Positions 37,536-48,542 of a DNA stretch of 64,000 bases are shown here, one piece after another. Position numbers and translations under genes: made by a program. Origin of the DNA: Rebecca billardiae RCC1528 (Eukaryota > Protista > Haptophyta); contig OZ251233.1 of NCBI GenBank assembly GCA_965240325.2, positions 1,426,001-1,490,000 of the forward strand, read 5' to 3'. Position 1 is the first letter of the stretch. Each line of letters starts with the position of its first letter. Under the pieces are notes generated by a model, which worked only from the letters and a program-made list of their open reading frames with translations, ran no database searches and had not been told where the DNA came from.

Positions 37536-40086
37536 ATGATGCCGGGATTACCCATACCGGCATCCGAGGAACCAGACAGACCCTGTCGAACGACACCTCC
37601 TCGATCACGCTCCCAACCCCCAGTCCACCGGCCGTGTCCGATGGTTACCGCGCTTCCTGCTCAAGGCGTCATAGAGGACACCGAGGAGGGTCGCGGCGTC
37701 AACGCAAGCGACGACACACTCGAAGTGGAAGTCCAAGATGAGAACCTCGACGGTGAGGCCGGCTGTGAGCTCGGCCGTGCGAGCGCTCACGCGTCCAAGG
37801 GTGGCCAATCGGCGCGACGTACGTGGTCGCAGGCAGAGGACGACAAGTTGAAGGAGGTGCGCCCCGCGCCCGAGCGCGGGTGTCTCACGCGTGCGCGGTG
37901 CGCGTCTTCTCCCGGCGACCCGTCCCAGGCGGCAGGCCGCGCGCGCACGCCGCCCAAGATGCGCCCGCGCGATCGATGCGCAGATGCGCAAAGGGGGGAT
38001 GCATCGTGCACGCGCGCGACCCCCGAAGAGGGGGTGTCGCCGACGCGCCCGTCCCCGCGGACCTGATGCCTCTACAGATAGTCGGACGCTTCGGCGCGAA
38101 GCAGTGGGCGCTCATTGCCGAGCACATGGGTGAGAGGCGGCGTGAGAGGCGGCGCGCGTGCGTGGCAAGCTCCCTCCCCAACGCGGAGGCCCTCGCCCAT
38201 CGGCCGGTCACGGACGCCCACTCGCGCGCCACTCGCGCCCAAAACACTCGCGCCGTCCGCACCACGCAGGCACCCGCAAGGACTGGCAGTGCCGTGAGCG
38301 CTGGCTCAACCACCTCGGCCCCGCCGTCAAGAAAGGCGAGTGGTCGGCAGAGGAGGACCAGGAGCTGCTGCGGGCCGTCGAGCAGTTCGGCCAGGTGTGC
38401 GCGCCGCCGCCACAGCCACTACGCGCCCCAGCCGGTCCGGGCCGAGCCAACCTGGCGGGCAAGCGGCACCGAGAGTCTTGCGCGTTCCACCGTGCAGCGC
38501 GCGCGGCGCTCACGCCTGCCTCGCGCCGCGCGCACGTGCGCGCGCGTCCGCCGCCCGCCGCCCGCGCGCGCCAACAGCGATGGTCGCGCATCCGGCTTGA
38601 GCTGCCGGGGCGCACGGGGCACGCGGTCAAGAACCGCTTCCACTCGCTCAAGCGGCGCATGGTCAACCTGCACGGCTTGAATGGCCCGCTCGTGCCGGCC
38701 ACGCCGCTGCTCGGCGGGGGCGGCGCCACCGCCGGTGAGGCCCTGGCGCCCTTGCCGCCCGGTCTGGGCGCGGTGGGCGTGGCAGGTTCGTACGCGCCTG
38801 GCGCGGGCGCAGAAGCGCAGCGGCTGGGCGCCGCGGGCACGGCGCGCTCCGCTGCCGTCGTCCCGAGCGGCGCTGCCACCAGCGCGGCACCGGACTCGTC
38901 CGAGCTGGCGGCCCTGCTGAGGCAGCAGCAGCAGCTGGCTGGGCTGCTGTCTGACGCGCTCTCGCCGCAGGTGCCCGGGCTGCCAGCGCAGATGCAGCTC
39001 TTCGCCGCGCCGGGGCAGCAGCGATGTGGCTACGGCCTCGCGCGCGCCGCTCAGCAGCCTGCCGGAGCAGCGCCTCAGCTGATCGCCCAGCAGCCGCCGC
39101 CGCCGTACGCATACGCGGCGCCACACCAGGCAGCGGCGCAGCAGCAGCTCAGCGCGCTGCCCTCGCGCCGCGTGCCGAGCGCGCAGCCGCAGCGGCCGAT
39201 CAACTTGCGCATCCTCGACACCGAGACTGGCGGCGGGGAGGCGCGCGTCGCGCCATTCGCGCCGCAGGCACTGCACGCGGGCGCAGCGCAGGCCGGGGCG
39301 CTCATCATGCCCACCTCAGTCACGAACGCGGCGAGGGTGCGCGCCGGTTCGCAGCCATCCGCCTACCCGCTGCCGAGCAGCCGCGGCGCGCTCAGCGCCG
39401 CCGGGGGTGCCCACGGTAGCCTCGACAACCTCGCGGCCGCGGCCGTGCAGCACGCCGCGCACACCCGGGTGGCGGACGCCGGCATGGGCGGCGCAGACGG
39501 CGCCGCCGACGAGGAAGACCTGCAACTGCAGCAGCCGCTGCGCTCGCTCTCGACGCGCACGCAGCTCAACCTGCTTGGCTACCCGTTGCCAGCGCCCCCG
39601 ATGGACGGCGGCGAGGGTGCTCGCGTCGGCGGGCCCGGCAGTGGCGGTGGTGGGAGCGGCCACCACGCCAGCGGGCTCCGCCCGTCGCACACGGCGTTGC
39701 ACCTGTTGCCGCAGGCGCACGCGTACGGCCACCCGGTGGGCCCAGACTGCGAGCTGCCGCAGCCGCCGCGGCCACGCACGCTCAGCTCAGGCCAGCCGGC
39801 GCCGTCAAGCGCGGGCGCGGGAGAGCCGCCGCAGCCGACGCATGGGTCATCGCTCGCGCCGTTTCCCGGCCACGACCACGACCCATTCGCCGATGGGCAG
39901 AAGCAGCGGATCTTGGACCTCTCGTCGCAGCTGCTGGTGCTCGCGGCGATGGACGAGAAGCGCGAGCGCGCGGAGCTGCTCGACAGCGTGCTTGGCGAGC
40001 TGCGTGCAACGGCACTGCAGCAGCCAGCAGCCGCGTGCCTGCCCGCCACGAGCCTCGGCCTGGGGCTCAGGGGTGGGCCAAGCTAG
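37536..40086 (+). CDS. R2R3-MYB transcription factor (start uncertain); introns 37857-38077, 38130-38269, 38395-38577
   Basis: Spliced repeats read RRTWSQAEDDKLKE|IVGRFGAKQWALIAEHMG|TRKDWQCRERWLNHLGPAVKKGEWSAEEDQELLRAVEQFGQ|RWSRIRLELPGRTGHAVKNRFHSL, followed by a long Q/P/A-rich low-complexity region. Confidence 0.9.
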
Positions 40087-41036
40087 CAGTGGTCCCAGCG
40101 CTTCAACGCGTACGTCGGCGTATCGGACGACGATCGTCACTGTTGGCATATAGATCTTAGTACGTAAGTCGGTCAGCATCCGTCCGACTTGACGGTCCGC
40201 CTCAGACTCGGGCAGCCGCCCGTCAGCAGTCACGGTCAGTGGCAAGTGCTGCCGCGCCGTAGGCGGGCCGCGTTAGAGTCCCCGCTGAACTGCGCCTGCG
40301 GCATTACTCACTCAGCGCTGCTATTATAATATATATATTAAAATATTAACTAATTTATTTACTGGTAACACACAGTGGCGGTCTGACAGTGCGGCCCGGA
40401 GTCCGGACGCCATCTGAATATAATCTACCGAGACGCGTGCGCGACTAGGCCCGGCGGCCCGACCCCGACTCCCGAGCCCGACGGGCGGCCGCCAGACCCG
40501 AGACCGACGAGGCCCCGCCATAATTCATATTCCTAAACTCCCGGGCCGACTCCGATCGGAGTCGGACCGCGCCGCGCCGTGGCTGACGTGGGCGTGGCCC
40601 ACCACTCATCAGCCTGATCACGGTGATCAGCCGCAGGCTATTGTACTCCGGAGTCCGGTGAGACCGGGTCGGGCGGTGGGACTCGAATAACGACGTTTCA
40701 ATTACGCGCGGGGCGGTTATGGCCGCATCTGAATGAAATTATTATATTATTAAACTGCGCGCCGCGCCAAGCTGCCCACTCTGCCGACTCTGCGCGGCTG
40801 ACCGAGCGGTGTGAGAAACACTCTACGGTCCGAGCCGATTCGGCGGGACCGACGGGCGCGGGGCGGGCCTACCGTCCGCCGCCATACCGCCATTCAGCAA
40901 GGGTATAAATATGATCTGATATCTAGATCCGCTGCTGCTAATAATCTGCTGACATTCCGGCCGTGTCCGTCGGTGAACATGAGGCGCGCGTGACGCGGCC
41001 TGCGCTGGCCAAATTGAACGTGTCGGTGGCGCCGCG

Positions 41037-41717
41037 TCACGCGGCAGTCAGTGGAGCCGTCAGATGTGGCGAGGCGCGCGGGGTGCAAACGATGTAAATC
41101 GCAATGAACACGAGTACCACGTGAAGCGAAATGATCGTGAGGAACGGCGATGCAGCCATCCATGCTTTGGGGTGATTACCATCCTCGAGGAAAATGACAG
41201 TGCTGTTTGCAACGGATCCGATGATGTCGAGCACTGTGATGCCGAAGCTGTAGCCCTCGATCGAGTGCGTGCGGAGGAAGATGATAAATTGCGGGAAGAA
41301 CCCCGCGGCAAAACAGCCCGCCGGGAAGAACTCGCCCAGCGTCTCCACGAACTCCTCGGGGACGAGTCGGAAGAGGAGGCTGATGCCGAGTCCGAGCAAA
41401 ACCGACCCAGCAAAGATGAGAGGTGCGAGCTGCCACACGCGGGACTTGGAGCTGTGGTCGTACACAATCATCTGCGCCTCTATCGTCGCCGAGAGGCTGA
41501 CGAAGGCGGCCATCGAAGCGATCAGCCAGAACGATTCGTGGCCGGTATAAAGCGCGGCACCGTAAACTATGGAGCCGAAGTGCCATAAGAGGATGAGGCT
41601 CACGGAGAGGCCCTCCGTGGACCTGCGCCGCGCGTTCAGTACTGCTTGTGGAGCCTGCAGCGATGCGAAGCATGCAGCACCGATCGACCCGCACACCGCC
41701 AACGCCACTTTCTCCAT
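41037..41717 (-). CDS. PQ-loop repeat membrane transporter (226 aa)
   Basis: Two PQ-loop motifs (LQAPQAVLNARRRSTEGLS; FFPQFIIFLRTHSIEGYS) and ~7 hydrophobic helices. Confidence 0.9.
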   Translation of the reverse strand: MEKVALAVCGSIGAACFASLQAPQAVLNARRRSTEGLSVSLILLWHFGSIVYGAALYTGHESFWLIASMAAFVSLSATIEAQMIVYDHSSKSRVWQLAPLIFAGSVLLGLGISLLFRLVPEEFVETLGEFFPAGCFAAGFFPQFIIFLRTHSIEGYSFGITVLDIIGSVANSTVIFLEDGNHPKAWMAASPFLTIISLHVVLVFIAIYIVCTPRASPHLTAPLTAA

Positions 41718-41959
41718 GGTGTGCGGTGGCCGTGGACTCGTGGAGAGAATCTATCTTGTGTGTCCGTTGGCGCCTTGAGGCGGACGCGAACGCACCGGTT
41801 CGGAGGCCCGCGCTTATTATCAGAGAGCCTGATGTAGTAACGTGTGGGTAGGGTATCATAATAGTGCAGAGTTTCATAGTCATATGATAGTCGTACGGTA
41901 GATAGTCGTAGTTGAATAACCGTCATATTCATCCGAGGACGCGGAGCCCGCCACGCAGC

Positions 41960-42829
41960 ATGGCGTCGGCTCACGCTGCCGGCCTGCCCTTCGCGCAGGT
42001 GCTGATCGACGCGGTTGTGGCGGGTTGTACGCAGGCCTTCGAGGACGAGGGGATGGGTGCCGAGCTGCCCGTGCTCCATCGCCTATTCCTCGACAAGATG
42101 GCCGCGACTCTGAGCGCGCCGGGCGCGACCGAGCGTCGGGTGCTCACGGCAGCGAGCGGCGTCGGCCCAGCGGCAGACGGCGGCCGCGCGGCCGCAGACG
42201 ACGACGATCGCGCCGCCGACGTCGCCGGCCCAGTCGATCGTTTGCTGCACCCGTCGGGGATCGTGCCCCGCGTCGACAACGTGATGGCGCACGCCAACCT
42301 CGGCTGCCAGGTCGAGCTCGCTCAGGTCGCGCGCGGCGCGCTCAACGTGGTCTACGTGCCGACGCGGCACGCGGCGCTGAGCATGTACTTCCTGCGGCCC
42401 AAGGGCGCGGTGCAGCTGTACGCCTCGGGCAAGCTGGTGTGCACGGGCGCGCGCTCCGAGGCCGACGCGGGGACGATCGCGCGCAAGTGCGCCGCGATCG
42501 TCAAGCGGCTCGGCTGCGAAGGGGCGAACCTGCAGGCGTTCAAGGTGACCAACATGTTTGCGTCGTGCGAGCTCTCGTTCGAGCTGCGGCTGTCGCACCT
42601 GGCGCAGGCCCTGGGCGCGGAGGCGGAGTACAACCCGGAGCGCGCGCCCAAGCTGACGTGGCACAGGCGCGCCGAGCCGCCCGTCGTCTTCGAGATCTCC
42701 GCCAAGGGGCACGTCGGCCTCTCGGGCACGACAAGGGAGGCGGACTTCAGCACCGCGCTGGAGGGCGCGTTCCCGACGCTGCGCGCGTACGCGCTCGCGC
42801 GCGACGTGGCGCAGCCGGCGGCGGCGTGA
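41960..42829 (+). CDS. Divergent TBP-like factor with N-terminal TFIIA-large-subunit-like helical domain (289 aa, intronless)
   Basis: Both TBP saddle repeats are present (HPSGIVPRVDNVMAHANLGC...YASGKLVCTGARSE...ARKCAAIVKRLG...FKVTNMFASCEL.F.LRL...EYNPE). The N-terminus FAQVLIDAVVAGCTQAFEDEGMGAELPVLHRLFLDKM matches the TFIIA alpha/Toa1 N-terminal helices. Confidence 0.88.
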   Translation: MASAHAAGLPFAQVLIDAVVAGCTQAFEDEGMGAELPVLHRLFLDKMAATLSAPGATERRVLTAASGVGPAADGGRAAADDDDRAADVAGPVDRLLHPSGIVPRVDNVMAHANLGCQVELAQVARGALNVVYVPTRHAALSMYFLRPKGAVQLYASGKLVCTGARSEADAGTIARKCAAIVKRLGCEGANLQAFKVTNMFASCELSFELRLSHLAQALGAEAEYNPERAPKLTWHRRAEPPVVFEISAKGHVGLSGTTREADFSTALEGAFPTLRAYALARDVAQPAAA

Positions 42830-43220
42830 GCGGCGACGCGCTCGACGCGGCGGTGGCGCGCTGGAGCGATGGCCGAGCAGGCGCGGCGTGCGCGCGCCCC
42901 GGCGTTGGCGTCACCCGCGGAGCCAGCGGCCGGTCGGTGCTTTTTCCCGCTGGAGGCCCGAGTGACGACCGAGGCCTGAACGTGCGCTCGGGCGCCCGGC
43001 CCCCCCGGACCCGGCCAACACACGGCCGGACCCAGACAGCTTTCGCCTTTCAGACTTGCAAGCTCGGTCCAGACGCGCGGTGACGACGACGAACGCTGCC
43101 ACTGGGGTGAACCGTACTGGCCCGGAATGTTTCGTCTGGCCGTAATCGGGGCCAGCGACGGCGACAAGCCGATGCACCAGGGGAACTCGCTGTGAGACCC
43201 AGTCCACGCCTGGAGGCAGC

Positions 43221-44246
43221 ATGGCCGGTGCCCCCGATTCCGTGGCGCTTCTGCTCTTCTTCCTGTTCTGGTACGTGGGGAATGCCTTCTACAACCAGTA
43301 CAACACGCAGGCGCTCGCCGCCGTCGGCGGCAAGCACGGCGGTCTCACCATGACGGTGTCCACGATGCAGCTCGGCGTGTGCACATTGTACGCGCTCGTC
43401 CTGTGGCTGGTCCGCCTCAACCCGATCAAGCTCTTCGGGCTGCAGCTGCCGGAGAAGATGTCGATCCCGAAGATCACGATGAAGGACCTCATCGCCACGC
43501 TGCCCGTCGGCTTCTGCTCCGCCGCCGCGCACTCGGCGGGCGTGTTCTGCCTCGGCGCCGATCCGCTGTTCGGCCAGATCGTCAAGGCGGGCGAGCCCGT
43601 CATGTCGGCGGGCGTGAACACGGTCTTCTATGGCAAGGCGCCGTCGAAGGCCAAGTTCGTCTGCCTGATCTTCATCGTCGCCGGCGTTGCCTTCGCCAGC
43701 TTGAAGAAGGGCGCGGACGGCGCGTACGCACTCAAGTTTGACGAGCGCGCGCTGCTCTTCGGCATGATCGGCAACACGTTCGCCGCGTTCAAGGGCTCGG
43801 AGAACAAGAAGCTGATGGAGACGAAGGGCATCAAGGACCGCTTCGCCGGCGTCGCCAACCAGTTCGCCGTGACCGAGGTCCTGGCCTTCCTCATCTCTCT
43901 GCCGGTCATGTTCTTGACCGAGGGCGCAAAGTTCGGCAAGTTCTGCGAGCTGATGACCACCAACCGCGACCTGCAGATCGGCCTCGCCATCTCCGGCATG
44001 TCGTTCTACCTGTACAACGAGCTGGCGACCATGACGATCAAGTCGACGGGCGCCGTCACCTCCTCGGTCGCCAACACGGCCAAGCGCGTGATCGTGATGG
44101 TTTATATGGCCGCCGTCACGGGCAAGGCGCTCACCGAGGAGCAGAAGATCGGCGCGGCGGTTGCGATCGGCTTCGTGCTCGTGTACTCGGTCATCGATGA
44201 CATCGTCAAGGCGATGTCGGGCGGGGACAAGAAGAAGAAGCAGTGA
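43221..44246 (+). CDS. Triose-phosphate/phosphate translocator family protein (341 aa), no N-terminal presequence
   Basis: TPT motifs FWYVGNAFYNQYN, FGQIVKAGEPVMSA, FYLYNELA, VTSSVANTAKRVIV and GAAVAIGFVLVYS; C-terminal KKKKQ. Confidence 0.93.
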   Translation: MAGAPDSVALLLFFLFWYVGNAFYNQYNTQALAAVGGKHGGLTMTVSTMQLGVCTLYALVLWLVRLNPIKLFGLQLPEKMSIPKITMKDLIATLPVGFCSAAAHSAGVFCLGADPLFGQIVKAGEPVMSAGVNTVFYGKAPSKAKFVCLIFIVAGVAFASLKKGADGAYALKFDERALLFGMIGNTFAAFKGSENKKLMETKGIKDRFAGVANQFAVTEVLAFLISLPVMFLTEGAKFGKFCELMTTNRDLQIGLAISGMSFYLYNELATMTIKSTGAVTSSVANTAKRVIVMVYMAAVTGKALTEEQKIGAAVAIGFVLVYSVIDDIVKAMSGGDKKKKQ

Positions 44247-47055
44247 GCACGAGGCGGGGTCTCGTCGGAGGGCGGGCGAGTGCTCGTGGGGTCGCGCGCA
44301 CGCGGCACATCCTCGACCGCGGGCGCCATCGCGGCGGCATCGTCGCGATGCCGCCGGCTTGCGCGTGCAGCTGTGAGCCAGCCCAGCGCTGCTGAGCCGT
44401 CGTTTGTCGTTACGGGGCTTGGCGGTGGCAGCGGCTGGGCCTGGGTCTGCGGCGCGGGCACTCGACCGGGCATCTGCGCCTGCGGCCAGACTGTCAGTTG
44501 GCGCTGCAGTTGAGCGGCCCGGGCTGAGGACACGGTGTGCCCGCAGCCCTGCCAGCCCAACAGCCCAAGCGAGTGCCGTAAGCGTTCTGAGCTCAGCAAT
44601 ATCATCAGCATGCCTAGTCATCTGATTGCATGATATAGATGGCACGGCTGAGCTCAGATTCGTCGGACCCGGGAGTCCCTCAGGAACTCGCGCGCCGGCG
44701 GAGTCTGTCAGACGACCGTAGTGACTTCCCGGAGTCGTATAGCTACCCGGCGGCCGGGCCGCCGCCCGCCACCCGGGTCAGAACCGTTATTAGAACCGTA
44801 GAGTACTGCTGAGTTATATATATATACTGAGTCTCAGAGTGACTGAGAGCTTGACGAGACGAGAGTGCTGAGTGACGCCTTACTCTAAGAGTCCGCCAGA
44901 TAACTAGTCAGCAGTGATGAGTGATATAGCCGATATAAGGCCCCGGATTACGGTTTAATAGTCGTAATTATAGTTTAGCCACTGCTGATTGGTACGCGGT
45001 CCGCCGGGCGCCGCCTCGCCCTCGGTGACTGAGTCTGAGCCGTGGTGACGACGACTCGGGTAGAGCGCCGGCTTACGACTGTCCGCTGACTCACTCAGAC
45101 CTGACGGCGCGGCCTCCGCGTGGCCCGTCGTTCACGAGTCCGCGTCCGGGCCGCGCAGATCACACGTCATCCTTTCTGCCTTTCAAGAATAAGCCGGCGG
45201 CCCGGAGCGGGGCTCGTCTGACTCACTGACTGATTCTTCGATATCGGATATGATGATGATATAGATCTATCGACGACTGCCGCACACGTACGGTGGTCAG
45301 GCCATGACAGACTGTCATTGGTACTGATAACTAGTCGGAGTGAGTCATCAGACTCATCAGAGTGAGTACTACTAGTGCCGGCGCGGCCACTGCTGGGGCG
45401 TCGCCGTCGCGGGCGGCCATCGCGGCGCTGCTTGGGCCCGCCTCGGGACTCGGGCCCGCCGGTCGAGACGGCACTTTTAAGACGCTGGTGTCGGGTGCAC
45501 CTCGAGCTACTGGCTATTGCTATATATAGGCTTCGCTGCGCAGCCCGTGACGCCGCCTCATCACGCACGGCGTGTCGTCGCCGTCCCGGGCGACCGGCGG
45601 GCCGAGTCCTGGCGCATCCCGCGGCCCGCCGTCCGTGGCTCCGATGAGCCGCACGCGCCGCGTGCTATTGATGCCAGCCTGCCACTGAAATGACTGATGA
45701 GCCCGCTCGCGGCGCTCGCGCATCAGATTCGGTTACGACTCCGACTTTAAGCAGATCCGCGGACACCGAACGATTCGGAACGAAGTCGAAGTCGGTATGT
45801 GCGGCTCGGCGTCGTCGCGCAGACCCGAACTCGCATGCGCCGCAGTCCACGGCCGGCGCCCGGGGTGGCGCCCGGCCGGGGAGTCACAATCACCGGCGGC
45901 CGGAGCAGACGGGCGGAGTGTGACGAGTGTCAGTGTCAGTAGCAGTGAGCGGAGCGGTCGCCGGTCTGATGATGAGGCGGAGCCCCTCGGCCTCGCGGAC
46001 CGGACGACCCGTAAGCCGTACACATACCGATACTGCTACTCTTAGTCGTAGTCGTAGCCGCTGATGAGTCAGTGAGGCTGCCGAACTAGCAGTAACTGAC
46101 TGCTAGTGACTGACTGAGTCCGCGACCCGGTGCTTGGCCATATGTATATTCGCCATGAGCGTAGGCTTCGCGGCGGGCTCATCTCCGGGCTGGGTCGACA
46201 GGCAGCCACCAGCGGTTCATGGCGGCCGCACGGAGCGTCGGAGCCGCGCGCCCTACTAGCTGTGCGCCTAGCTAGCTAGCTGATGCGGCCACCTTTAGTT
46301 CCAGGTCTGAGTGAGTTGCCCGGGCCTGCTCACGCGCCTCGGTGGCTCAGGGCGCTGAACGCGGCTTGACACTGTCTGCTATCTAGGCATTGAGTCATTT
46401 GTTAGTCTAGCTAGTAGCTACCGGCGTCCGCCTAATAAGCTGACGCGTGGCATCACTATCACTCATGACATATGGTCTACCGGTACACTAGCTAGTAGCT
46501 ACCCTCCGTCAGCAATCAGCCTAGTTCTTCCGGCCACAACACGTCCACGCGATGCCATGACGCGCGACGTGCGGCGGCGCCAAGCCTCTCTGGTGCTGAC
46601 TGCTGATGGATGGATGGCGCATGACGCGCGACATGCGGCCGGGCGTCAAGCTGCCGTGCCCGTGATGAGACTGACTGACTCCATATCAAGCACGCGTGAC
46701 GCGGGCGATCGGGCGAGATGGCTGTCGTAGGCGCTGTTCATAACATTGTGCGCCTTGGTCTGCGCTCGTTCGCCCGACTCGTCGCGCTGAACTCGCTCAC
46801 CTCACACCTGCCAGTCGCGCGCATGACACACTACTGACACGCTTGCAGGAGTACCGAGTGTGGGCTCCAGTTTAATGCTTCGACAGCCAGAAGCAACCTA
46901 CGGTTGGGGATGAGCATGCCCGCCAAGGCCTGTTGCGCGCACGCCTGGCGACAGGAGGGGGGGCACCCGAACACGTCCCGCCTCCCTGACCGGCCTTCCC
47001 GTGCGTGGCGACATCCAAGGGTCGCGACTCTTGCACGCACATGAGTCGGTGACAC

Positions 47056-48125
47056 CAAGGGTGGTCAGGGTCGCCGACTCCAGCGGAGCCCGGCGCCGGA
47101 ACTTCACTCCCAGATCTTTGGAGCGGAGCGGCGCGCGGGGCCGCCGCCGCTGTGGCGGGCCGCTCGGGGCGTGCACGGCGTGGGCTCGTGCGGCCGCTGC
47201 CGCGCACGCCGAGTGATCTGGCGCGGGCTCGCGGCTTGTTGATGGCCTCGCGCGCCGCAGCGCGCCGCGCGCCTTGCCTGGCTTCGCCGTTCTCGCGCCT
47301 CGGCCACCGTGCACGCATGCGACGCCAAACCGCAAGCTCGGCACACCTCTGAGCCGAGCGTGCAGGTGCCTTGCGCAACGCGACGCGGGCATTGCCGCCG
47401 GGCGATGTAGTCGTAGTGTGAGCACGCGCCGTGAAGCCTCAGCGCGGATCGAGAGCAATGAAATGTTGCTGCTTACGCGCGTGGACCGTCTGTTCGCTGA
47501 CCACTGCTCAAAGCTTGACGACTGACTCTCTTGCCGGGGCAATCGTCACGTCGCATCGTCACGCAAGGCCCACACGCACGTCGTGATGACGTATGTCTTC
47601 TTGGCTATAGCGCTCGACTAGTCTTCACGAGTCTCAGCGTCGCGATCGCCCTTCGTTGAACGGACATGTCCATCGGAGGTTGGTGCGCCAGCAGTTGTCG
47701 ACAGCTGACCGAGGCGTCAAAGACACTCTCGGTCCGCGTTGACGCTTCACGGCGCGCGCTCACACTACGACTACATCGCCCGGCGGCAATGCCCGCGTCA
47801 CGTCGCGCAAGGCACCTGCACGCTCGGCTCAGAGGTGTGCCGAGCTTGCGGTTTGGCGTCGCATGCGTGCACGGTGGCCGAGGCGCGAGAACGGCGAAGC
47901 CAGGCAAGGCGCGCGGCGCGCTGCGGCGCGCGAGGCCATCAACAAGCCGCGAGCCCGCGCCAGATCACTCGGCGTGCGCGGCAGCGGCCGCACGAGCCCA
48001 CGCCGTGCACGCCCCGAGCGGCCCGCCACAGCGGCGGCGGCCCCGCGCGCCGCTCCGCTCCAAAGATCTGGGAGTGAAGTTCCGGCGCCGGGCTCCGCTG
48101 GAGTCGGCGACCCTGACCACCCTTG
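47056..48125. mobile_element. Non-autonomous foldback MITE, probably P superfamily (400-bp TIRs, 7-bp TSD)
   Basis: Arms 47056-47455 and 47726-48125 are near-perfect inverted repeats with termini CAAGGG...CCCTTG. Direct repeat GTGACAC at 47049-47055 and 48126-48132. 270-bp non-coding spacer. Confidence 0.88.
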
Positions 48126-48542
48126 GTGACACATTGAACATGGTCCGCCTCCGCCGTTCGTCACCCGGTGTTTGGCCCTCCACTCATTATTCAGTCATTC
48201 TATGATTTCACAAATACGCCGTTCCATAGTAGTAAAGTATGTTACGACAAACAATTATGGTAGGTTTGAAGCAGATGAGTTGTCAATCAACGAGATACTC
48301 ATGTCATGATCATTATCATGATCATATCTGAGATCGCGTGCTCACCCGCGCGGAAAATTAATTTCAGTACTATAGTTTCGTAATATTGACGACGCGCGAC
48401 GACGTCGAAGCGCCATTTAGGCTCGCTGTCGTACGTCTCCGCTAGTCCGCTCGCCAGTGGCAGGCGAGTCTCGCCGGGGCAAGGGCCGTCGTAGCCGGGG
48501 TAGCTCTGGGCCAGGGAGTCGGCCACGGGAACTCGTGGAGTC

